NCBI RefSeq assembly: GCF_000143415.4
Contig: NW_003314274.1
Span: forward strand, 2,710,623-2,774,622
Length of the DNA: 64,000 nucleotides
Reading direction: 5' to 3'
Source: Selaginella moellendorffii
Lineage: Eukaryota; Plantae; Lycopodiophyta
The notes below the pieces were generated by a model. It did no database searches. It saw only the letters and a list, made by a program, of their open reading frames with translations, and was not told the origin of the DNA. A program made the translations under genes and the position numbers. This document shows, one piece after another, positions 13,531-23,458 of the stretch (position 1 is the first letter of the stretch; every line of letters begins with the position of its first letter).

Positions 13531-13810
13531 ACTCCACCACCCATAGAAGAAGTTCGATGCCCACATCGAACGTCTCGTTTTATCCTACGACTTGTTGACC
13601 ATGTCTCCGGGGGCATCCCCCCACTTACAACGGAATATAGGTGTCCCTATACTCCTCACCTCACCACGCCCTAGTATGGGGTCGGGACTTGAACCCAGCC
13701 TTGCTTTACTAGGGGGTTGGGACTCGAACCCAACCTCCGTAGAATACGTCTACGGATTCGACATCCCCGCGGGGAGTCGGGCGTAGTGCCCTACGCCTGG
13801 TCGACCTATC
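13531..13810 (-). other. Structured 3' UTR (hairpin array with two T-loop/B-box-like hairpins) plus PPT
   Basis: About eight consecutive stem-loops on the minus strand, e.g. GGTTGGG-TTCGAGT-CCCAACC (13735->13715), TCCGTAG-acgtatt-CTACGGA, GAGTATAGG-gaca-CCTATATTC and GTTCGATG-tggg-CATCGAAC; PPT ATGGGTGGTGGAGT. Confidence 0.75.
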
Positions 13811-13892
13811 CAACCCATGCTAATTAGCTTACCTTTGGCGCGCCTTCGGGTCCCAACATATTGCACTTGCTCAACTTTGCAAATTGATATTT

Positions 13893-16800
13893 TTAATTGA
13901 ATTTTGCATAAGTACATAGAGTTCTGCCTTGCAGAAATTCCTCCACTAGTTCTCGAGCGTTCACTAGGTTCTCCTCCGGTTCCCATGTTGCTTCGCAGTG
14001 TGGAAATCCTTTCCACTTCACATGGAACTCTCTCACCTCGCGTCCTTGTCGCTTGCTGCGGGGGGAGTCCCGTGATGAAGTCCATCGTAAGACATTTCCA
14101 CGGGCGATCTCGAATTGGGATGCTTTGCAACAAGCCCCCACTAGCCTTAGTCACGGCTTTTACCTGCTGACATGTTGGACATGTCTTTAGATAGTCTTGG
14201 ACGTCCTTAGCCATATCTGGCCAATGGTACTTCCTTTTGAGTAAGCCCATCGTCTTGGGCACTCCACCGTGTCCCGCAAGAGGTCCGTCATGACACTCTT
14301 CTAAGGCCACCTTCCTTAGTTCCCCTTCTGGAACATACACCCTCGTTTGCTTGTAATAAATGAGTCCGTTGCGTTCCGCATAGCCCGTTTTCTCTTCCGT
14401 TGGCAGCTCACCTCTCTGGTGAGCTTCCCGCGCCTCTAGATTCCTCAGCAACACTTCCTGTGCTAGACCATCGTTCTCATATGCTGTCCGCACATCGTCC
14501 CAGAAGGTTGCTGTTGCGCTGGATATTGCCAACTTCAAGCTCGCTTTTCGACTTAGCGCATCCGCCACGATGTTGCTCTTCCCAGGCTTGTACAGAATTT
14601 CACAATCAAACTCGGCCAAGGCATTGGCCCACCGACCTTGTTTCCCTCTTAGGTCGGGCTGTGACAAGAAGTGTTTCGTTGCCACATTGTCCGTGTAAAC
14701 CTTGAAGTGTCTCCCAAGGTAGTGTCGCCACTCCTTGAGTGCCTTGACCACCGCAAACAATTCCTTCTCGTGGGCAGGCCACTTCCGTTGAGCCTTGTCC
14801 AGCTTCTTCGAGAAGAACGCTACCGGATGGTTGTCTTGCTTCAGAACTGCACCCAATGCAAAGTCCGAAGCATCCGTTTCTACCTCAAAGTCCTTACCAA
14901 AGTCTGGTAATGCCAATACGGGAGCCTTCCTCAACTTCCCTTTGAGGTGGACGAATGCCGCCTCGCATTCTGCTGTCCATACCATCTTCCCTTTTCCTGT
15001 TTGGTCCGTTAAGGGCAGGGCTACTCTCGAATAGTGTTTGATAAACTTTTGATAGTAGTTGCATAGCCCCAGGAACGCCCTCAACTCATGTACATTCGAT
15101 GGTCACTCCCATTCCTAGATCGCTTGGACCTTATCCGGGTCCACCTTGAGCCCGTCCTGGCCCACCACATGCCCGAGAAACTTTACCTCTTGTTGAGCAA
15201 AGTCACATTTGCTCTCTTTAGCATACAGCTTGTGTTCCCTTAGTTTCTCAAACACCTTCGCCAAGTGTTCGGCATGCTCTTCTAGCGTCTCGCTATAGAT
15301 CAGGATGTCGTCGATATAGACGACCACGAAGTGATCCAGATAGGGTACAAAGACGTGGTTCATTAGTGCCGAAAACGTTGCCGGTGCATTACATAGCCCG
15401 AAGGGCATCACCAGAAACTCAAAGCTCCCATACCTCGTTCGACAGGTTGTCTTCTCGACATCTTCCTCGGCTACCCTGATCTGGTAGTATCCTGACCTTA
15501 GGTCAATCCTCGAGAAGTATTTTGCCTTTCCCAACCTATCGAACAGGTCCTCAATCCTTGGCAAAGGGTACTTGTTCTTCTTTGTATACTTGTTGAGCAA
15601 GCGGTAGTCTATGCACATGCGCATAGTTCCATCTTTCTTTTTCACAAATAACACCGGCGCCCCATACGGCGACTTGCTCAACCTAACATACCCTTTGTCC
15701 ACCAACTCCTCTAGTTGGCACTTGAGCTCCTTGAGTTCTTTTTCGTTCAAACGATAAGGGGAACGAACCACTGCCTCAGCACCCTCGACCAGCTCAATCT
15801 TATGTTCTATCGGTCGTGCTGGGGGCAGCCCCGCCGGTAGCTCCTCCGGCATGGTATCCTGGAATTGGTCCAACACCCGTTGGATCACTAAAGGTACTTC
15901 TTCCATTCCTGTCTTTCTGTCACTCTTCACCGAGAGTAAGCACAAAAAGGCCGCCTTAGTTCCCTTAGTGAGTTGTCCTCTCGTGGACACCAGGTTTAAG
16001 CAGGAATCTTTGGCCTTGCTTTGCCCTACCTTTAGATCTTGGGCCTCCACCCTAGATCTTCTTCCTTGGGCATTCGCTAGTACCACAAGGTTTCTACCTT
16101 GTCCATGCAGGGCTACCACGAATCGATTGAACCAGTCCATTCCGAAGATCACGTCAAATCCCGCCATGTCCAACACGGTGAAGTCCATGTCCACCTTCCA
16201 AGTCCCCACTTCGACTCTCGCTTGTCGAAGTACCTCATCGGTGCTTTGGCTACCTTGAACAAACTCTATAGTCCTTGGTTCGCCTAGCCGCTGCACCGTT
16301 AGTCCGGCTTGCCGGACTATGTCTGCAGCCACAAAATTATCTGAAGCACCCGTGTCAATAAGGATTTTAACAAAGCTACCTCCGAGCTTCCCTCGGAGGG
16401 CTAGTAGATGTCGCGAACGACTCTCTACCAAAGTTGCTCGTGTAATGAGTAACTTTGAGTTAGGGGCTGGATCACATACCTCTGTTTGGACTTCACCTGA
16501 CTTGATGGCCATATTGGCTCTGGCCTTCTTCGGGTAGGGACATTCCCTCGAGAAGTGTCCCGCTTCACCGCAGTTGTAGCATACGTTGTTTCCCACGCTG
16601 CTATATGACTTGACCTTCTTATTCGTGGGTTTGTCTCTTTTCACCTGACTCCCCCACGTACTCGCTCGCTGGCCACCGGATTTGCCTTTCCGGAACCCCG
16701 AGGACTCATTCTTAGAGAAACTCTTCTTGAATTTCCCTCTGCTAAACGTTCCCCTTGGTTTGGCCCCTTTGCTAAATGTGGATCCCGACCCCGTCGTGTT

Positions 16801-17679
16801 CCCCTTTCGCAGGTTATCGTTGAAATGCACCTTGATGGCCGCATCCAACGCTTCTTTGTAGTTGGTCGGGTTCCACCGCATTACTTCGCCGCGAGCCCCG
16901 GTTTGCAAACCTGATATGAAGGCATGGAACGCATCCATATCCCCCATGTCCGTGACAAGTATCCTCTTTGCCATAAACCCATTCACATACTCCTGAATGG
17001 TTCCGGTCTGTTTCAGCCTACTCAACTCGTCCCTTAGATGCAGAGTAGCATTCGGAGGAACGTAAGTTGCGCGGATCCTCGCCTTCATCATTTCCCAAGT
17101 GGCCACCGGTCCTTCGTTGGCCTCTGTCGTTCTCCACCAAGACTTGGCATTATCTGCCAAGTATGGTTTTGCACATGAGACCTTCTCCGAGCTTGGTAAT
17201 CGCAACGCTCGGAAGTAGTCCTCCATATTGTAGAACCAATCCTCCACCACCTTATAGTCGTTCACTCCCTTGAAGACCGGTGGGGGCTTTGGTTTGTACT
17301 TGGGAACTGCCTGAGGGACCGATTCCACTTCGGTCTGTTCGACCTTGTCTGGTTTTGCCTCAGTCCTTGCCGAAGGGTCCGCACCTTCTGCGCTGCCAGC
17401 ATCTACAGTCTTTCGCTTTTTCTTCCGCTTCTCGTCACGCTTTAGCTTGCGTACGAGAGTCTCTAGCAGGGCATTGGTCTGTGCCAATTGTCCTTCTAGA
17501 ACATCCAATCGAGCCTTGGACGACCGAACCTCACCACCAGACTCCTGTTTGGAAGTTGCTTCACTGGAGTCCTCCTCATGCAAGGATTCCTCATCCATCG
17601 CCTCCTGTTCGACCGGAGGCTCCAGCTCTGGAGGAGGTTCCGTCTCTGCCTGGGTTCGCTTACGTCCTGCCCTTGCCAT
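13893..17679 (-). pseudogene. Chromovirus (Ty3/Gypsy) single-frame gag-pol: gag, CCHC knuckle, aspartic protease, RT, RNase H, integrase HHCC, chromodomain; two nonsense codons and the integrase core deleted
   Basis: [14 protein letters not shown]; LIDTGAS; YIDDILIY; TDASDFALGAVL; CHDGPLAGH..CPTC. After MDFITGLP (about 14065) the sequence jumps to FHVKWKGFPHCEATWEPEENL (chromodomain, ORF 13893-14141). In-frame TAG at 15115-15117 and TGA at 15103-15105 join ORFs 15115-17679 and 13750-15084. Confidence 0.95.
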
Positions 17680-17738
17680 CTCCCAGCAATCCGCCTCTAT
17701 CCTTCGCTAGAACTGAGGAAGAGGCTCCGATACCAAAT

Positions 17739-17932
17739 TGTAAGCTCCTGAATTTGGACTTCCCGGGAGGTCACCCAGCCCAGTACTATTCAAACCCAAG
17801 GACGCTTAACCCCAAGTATCCCAAGACCCTTAACTAATTGGAAAAGGGGGTGCACTCTTTTTCATGGGCCCTTTCCCTCTATATTTGAACCCCATGGATC
17901 GTCTCTCAAGTCGTTCCCTTTGGTTGTTTACA
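17739..17932 (-). mobile_element. 5' LTR, Cassandra-type (LTR B)
   Basis: Near-identical to 11982-12175. Followed on the minus strand by ATT-TGGTATCGGAGC (PBS) and the gag ATG at 17679. Confidence 0.92.
17756..17810 (-). promoter_or_regulatory. 5S rRNA-derived domain in the 5' LTR
   Basis: Identical to 11999-12053. Confidence 0.93.
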
Positions 17933-20075
17933 TAAAATTAGCTTTCAAAATGGATGGAAAGGATATTAAAATCACTTAGGATCTTATTTCTAGGCTTTTA
18001 ATTGAAGAGTCAGTCTACCTTCCTGTGGTTTTACAAAGTCTGATGTAGTTTTATAAAAAATTTCAAGACCCCCATTCTTCATCCAATTGGCCACACTATT
18101 TGTGCACTCAAGTAATTCATCATGATGAATCCTTGCAAGGGCTTCATTCAAAAGCTTATCCATAGTTTTGTACCTTAAAATATAGACAATATTTATGCTT
18201 ATATCTTTATAGTACTTTGTTAAATGATTTAAATTTACTATTACAATATTGTCCCCATTTAAGGTATGCACTTTAGCCATTTCTTGAGCAGATATCTTAG
18301 ATAAAATAAATGGACCATTCCATTTTCTCTTGAATTTATTTTCAAGAGCATTTATTTTCCCTTGATATCAAAGAACGTTCTCTTGGCTTAAACTTGCAAG
18401 AGATTTTCAATTTTTTGTCATGCCTAACTTTTTTGGTTTTTTAAATTGCATATAGGGTCTAAATTGCTCTAACCTTAAACACATTTAAGTTTTCTATTTT
18501 AGCACATTTTTGCTTAAGAGCTTCTTTATTGTCTAAGCCATTTTTAATTACAATACAAAAAGAGGGAATTATAAATTCCATAGACCTTAAAGCTTCTTAG
18601 CCATAAGTAAAATAAAATGGTGTTATGCATATAAATACTTTATATGTAGTCCTATAAGCCTATAAAGCATCTAAGATTTTTCTTATCCCAGTCTTTTTTA
18701 TTGTCTTTTACAATCTTTTTCAAAATATTTGTAAACACTTTATTAGTAGATTCAGTATAAGCATTCCCTTGTAGGTAATATGGCATGGACATTTGGGCTA
18801 AAGGATAAATTTTTGTATTAAAATTTTTATTATTTCATTGATGAAATGGGTGCCTCTATCTATAACAATCTCTTTATGCAAACTAAATATTATAATGATG
18901 TTTTTATTGAGGAATTTGGTAGTGTTAACATCTGAGGCATGTTTCATAAGTAAAGCTTTTGTCCATTTAGTCACATAATTAGTGGCAACTAAAATATATT
19001 TGTTCCTCTTACTGCTTGTCACCACATGACTTACAAAATCCAATCCTCATTTAGGAAATACATCATATGAATAGGTAGGATTTAATTTATGGATTACCTT
19101 TTTATGCAATAATTTATGCTTTTGGCAAATGTCACAATTTTTGCCAAAAATTTCTTTATCTTTCTAAAGCATAGGTCACCATAACCCTATTTGTAAAACT
19201 TTTTTAGCAGTGATTTTGTCTGCAAAATAGCCTTCTGATGGACCTAAGTGAGATTTCTTTAGGATTTTATTTATTGTTTTTTGCCTATTAACACATCTCT
19301 TTAGTGTTCCATCAATGCTGAATTTATACAGGTATTGCCCTACGATAGAGTAATGTCATATCCTCAGGATAAACAACTTCTTTTTCTCTGGCAAGTTATA
19401 ATGGGGTGGAATGATGCCTATAGAAAAATAGATTTGTATATCTTTCAACCAAGTGGTAGGCAAAAAGATTGTAAATAAGTAAGCAACTGAGAATTCATGT
19501 ACCTTAGTATTAGGTGAATCTTCTATAGTGATGCTGTTTAGACAATCAACATATTCATGAAATTTTCTAGGTCTATATCCTATTTCAAGATTATAGTCAA
19601 GCAGATATACACAGTTTGTTGATGAGATATAAAAAGAACCTTATGGTCAGCAAAGACAATTACTTTTGTTACCAAAAGATAATGCCTAAATTTTTGTAAA
19701 ACATAAATTACAGTTAAAACTTCTTTTTCAGTCGTTGTTTAGTTATGCTCAGTAGAATTTAAGCATCTACTGGCATAGTACATAGGATGATCTTTTTGAT
19801 CACCTTGTGTCTAGGACAATATTGCACCTGTGGCAATATTACAAGTATCCACCTGTAAGTGAAACTCTTTTGTTTAGTTGAGCTTAACAAGTATAGATGC
19901 TTCTTTGAGGCATTATTTATTAAAAATGTTTGTTGACAATTTTTGTCTTATATAAATGGAGTAAGTGGCTTGATAGTACTAAAGCCTTTATATTTAGTAG
20001 TTAGAAACTTTTTCACATTTGCTAATTAAGCTGAAAAAAGTTGGAATCTTAAGTCTACTAAAAATGTTTTATTTA
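17933..20075 (-). pseudogene. Ancient non-chromovirus (Athila/Tat-like) pol remnant: RNase H and integrase
   Basis: DFVSHV..NKYILVATNYVTKWTKA..EIVIDRGTHFINE (18798-19043); RNase H-like EFHLQVDTCNIATGAIL..HPMYYASR near 19770-19870; heavily decayed and AT-rich. Confidence 0.8.
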
Positions 20076-20182
20076 GAGCATCATCACCTAACCTTGAATT
20101 TCAACACACCCACACATCATATCCCCAGAAGGATGTACCTTAAGTGACAAAGCAGAGCGTGATATAAAATGCCACGTGGCAC

Positions 20183-20186
<4 letters not shown>

Positions 20187-20218
<32 letters not shown>
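20187..20218. repeat. (AG)n microsatellite
   Basis: About 16 AG units, just downstream of a GCCACGTGGC G-box palindrome at 20171-20180. Confidence 0.95.
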
Positions 20219-20220
<2 letters not shown>

Positions 20221-20599
20221 CTCTCTAACTTTGCAAGGGACTAACAATGCCATCCTCTATGTCACAAGCTTCAACCTCTTAAATCCAAGGTCTCTCAGGC
20301 CGTGCACGTCCTCGAAATGGAATATGGAACCCATGGCAGCGTGATGGTATAGCCAAGACCGAATCTTGTGCTTGACAAACACCCAAGTTTTAGCTCCAAA
20401 CGGACGGATTGCAGTTGCCAGAATGGTGGCTGAATGCTACTCCCCAGACGGGTGATCATTCGTTCACAGAGCCCTGTGCTCCAAACACGAACAAGCAAGT
20501 GTGGAGGCGGCTTGGGTGATCCAGGCATTGGAATCTTGAGAAATATCACCTGGAATGTCACTGATAGTAATCTTCCACAGTCAATTCGAAGCAAAAAAA

Positions 20600-21560
20600 A
20601 TTATCTGGGAGTGATCGCTGGGGTAGCAAGCGCTGTGGCGGGGTGGAGAGGCAACCAGGAAGTGGAGAAGATCTCGGAGGAGGCGAATGGAAAAGCAAGT
20701 GCTCATCGAAGGAATGAAGCTCGATGAGATACTTCTGCACCAGTTTAGCTATGACGACTTGAAGATGGCAACTAGAAATCCCGAGCTTGAGGATTTGGAT
20801 CCGTCTTCAAAGGAGAGTTTGCGGACGTTGCTGTGAAGAAGATGGACGTAGAGATCCAAGGCTCGTCGAAAGGACACTCGCAGTTCAAGGCCGAGGTGAT
20901 GCACTTCAACCTGGTAAAGCTCCGGGGCTTTTGCATCCAGGGACCAGCCGGATTGCTTGTCTACGAGTTCATGCTCAATGGATCACTGGACAAGTTGAGG
21001 CTTGACATCCAGGTGATCCCGGCAATCCTTCGTGGAGGTAAATGAGTCCTCGAGCAACATCTATCACGGCAGATTTGCTGATCCGCCACCTTTGTTATCA
21101 CCGTTCTTGGTGAAGATCCACCTGGACGAGAACTATTTTGGCCTGAGCAAGCTCGAGCCAGGTGGTGACTGTCATGTGAGGAACTCCCGGATACATGGCA
21201 CCCGAGTTGATCCACACCAAAGTCACGGACAAGACCGACGCCTACAGCTTTGGAATCGTGCTGCTCGAGCTCGTCAACACCAAGCGCACCGTCCAGTTCC
21301 ATCCTCAATCATCTTCTTCCTCCTCATCCCCCTCACAACCGCGGTTCCTGGGCGAAACCGCTCTGAGCATGTTTCACAGTGGTATCGTCGTCGAGCTCAT
21401 TGACGAAAAGCTCCTGGACGATGATCTCGCCAGCACTAGTAGTGGCTTGGAGCTCAAGGACGCCGAGAGGTACGTGAAAATCGCATCTGAGCCGAGGCTG
21501 CAATCCGCCCCTCTATGAGAAGCGATATGCTCGGAAGTAGCGTCGACGTTCTAGACTTGC
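20600..21560 (+). pseudogene. Receptor-like Ser/Thr kinase (RLK/Pelle) fragment with deletions and frameshifts
   Basis: TM-like LGVIAGVASAVAGW; QFSYDDLKMAT; GFGSVFKG; VAVKK; HFNLVKLRGFC..LLVYEFMLNGSLD; [23 protein letters not shown]. Confidence 0.88.
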
Positions 21561-21946
21561 ACCTTCAAGTGATGGTAGCTCCAGAAGCTTCAGGATCCTA
21601 CTTCAGCTCCACTAGTCTGTGATGTTACCCTCTAGATACCACCATGATCATCAAGACCGAGATAGGGTCTCGCAAGTGTTGACGTTATATTGGCAGAGTA
21701 GAGGCACTCCCTTCTTCCAATTTCTCTCTACTTCTAGCCAGCGGGAACGAGGAAGCATACCTATATATTTCAAAGAATCAAGGGTCTTCGTCCGCACCAC
21801 CATCAGCCTCACAAAATCTGAAGTTGGGCTCTACGTTCATTGCCCACGGGAATTTGGCCAGCAATGACTTATTAAAAACCTGTGATCCAAATCTCCTGCC
21901 TCAGTCAGAGAAATAAAAGAAATGAAAGTAATAAGTGCCTGGTTAC

Positions 21947-22514
21947 CTTCTCAATGGGAATTTCGTGACGCTTGCACCAAGCAACTGTTATTCGAGGATC
22001 CATGTATTTGATCTTTGACGTTCCCAGCGCCACGGTTTTGAGATCTTCTTTAACGGACAGATCCAAGGTCATCTTCGCTATCCTTGCATCAGTTTGAGCC
22101 AACTTCTTTTCCAACCTGGATTTTACATGAATATTATAAAAGTAGAAACATAAAAATCATCTACTTACTGTTCTGTGGTTGGAGGCCTTTTAGCCGTGCT
22201 GTGGACTGGGGGTTTGCCCTTTTTAACTTTCCCCAAGTCTGTTGCAAGTTCCTCACGCCATGTCTGCCAATAGAAAAGCGTCAGCCTCAAACAAACCATA
22301 AAGAAAAACAGACCTTTAACTCTGCAATCTTTGCCCAATCTTTCCATCTAAGCACTATGGCCTTTGGATACTGTCCGTTGATGATTACATAGAATCGCGA
22401 CGTGTCAACAAGATTCACAAGTGCTAACCAAACAGAATGTTCTCTTACCTCCTTATTTGCTCGGGAGTATTCTGCAGTTTTCTCGTTAAGAGTCGCACCA
22501 AGCATCTCCTTCAA
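21947..22514 (-). pseudogene. TOP1: DNA topoisomerase IB C-terminal fragment, 4 exons with introns retained
   Basis: EKTAEYSRANKE|gtaag; ILCNHQRTVSK (frameshifted); ag|TWREELATDLGKVKKGKPP|gtaag; ag|[41 protein letters not shown]|gtaac, which includes the catalytic Tyr motif (canonical SKINY). Confidence 0.92.
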
Positions 22515-22549
22515 CTGTAACAAGTAATGTAATTGACGTCGAGAGCCCG

Positions 22550-23080
22550 ATCAATAGCTGCAGCCTCGAATCCTCTCCTGGTGATGCTCGCTCACCATCA
22601 TGGCACTTCCTTCCCGGGACCATCATCGTGCTGTTCTTGAGACAGTCATCGAGCACGGACGAGGGTCTTGAGACGAACCTGTAGACGTTTGAAATGGGCT
22701 GCAAGCTCGCGCTCTTGTTGGCGAGCATGGTATTATAGCTGGGCGACAGCGTAAAAACTCGTCCAGGATTGCTGTTCGTTGGCATGAGCTGGAGCTCGTG
22801 GCGTTGTTCTGGACAGCGGTCTGGGAGGCGGAGGTGGACTACGGCTACTGCTCGATGGCTCGAAGAGATATCTGGTGCTCATAACGCTAGCGCTGCCTGG
22901 ATGGTGAAGATCTGGCGAGCTGGGCGTGAAGGTGGGAGGAGGATAGTGGCCACCGCCGGGAGTGGTGGCGGTGGTAACACCGCTGCTACCGGTGCTCTGG
23001 CCGCCCAGGAGCAGGAAATGCCTTGACGGACTCGCGCTCACATCGCTGTCACCCAGTAACGCTTTTTCTTTGGCCACCAT
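22550..23080 (-). pseudogene. GC-rich 5' fragment of an unidentified host gene
   Basis: ATG at 23080 in GCC/ACC-rich coding-like sequence; ORFs 22733-23080 and 22486-22785 overlap as if frameshifted; no domain recognised. Confidence 0.4.
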
Positions 23081-23458
23081 GCAAGTGTCCTGATGCTCTA
23101 TGAAGCTCTCGACCCTGCAAGATCAAAAATTAAGCTCGTCAGCCACAGATCATCGAGCATCAATTCCAAAAAACTCCAGAGGACTCGATCAAGAGAGAGA
23201 AAGAAGAAAGCTTGCGGATGATCCATGCTGCGAGTGAGAACTAGCAGCCATGAAACCAGGAGGCGAGGCCGAGGATATGGAATGGAGATAGGGATCCACA
23301 ATTCAGATTCCCCCCTTTGAAAAGCTAGCGGTTCTAACTGCTAGCATATACTATATGCTGTGCATGATTTAATCTATGGCTCCGATGCAGCCCTGGGTTC
23401 AAGGTCAGAGTCCCCTGAACCTTGTTTTTGGTTGAGACACTCTGCTCCCTTGACAGAA

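Larger units (their letters stand above)
11982..17932 (-). mobile_element. Composite three-LTR retroelement: Cassandra-type 5S LTR - PBS - chromovirus gag-pol - PPT - LTR C - PBS - TRIM internal - PPT - Cassandra-type LTR
   Basis: Outer LTRs 11982-12175 and 17739-17932 (194 bp, 4 transitions apart). TSD TAAAA at 11977-11981 and 17933-17937. PBS at 17724-17735 and 12367-12378. PPT at 13531-13545 and 12176-12191. Confidence 0.93.

Noticed and set aside
13684-13760. tRNA gene or SINE suggested by GGTTCGAGTCCC
   Set aside because: No acceptor stem, D-arm/A-box, tail or TSD found; treated as a T-loop-like hairpin instead.
13750-14060. C-terminal ~100 aa of ORF 13750-15084
   Set aside because: Out-of-frame read-through after the integrase deletion; the real frame is the chromodomain in 13893-14141.
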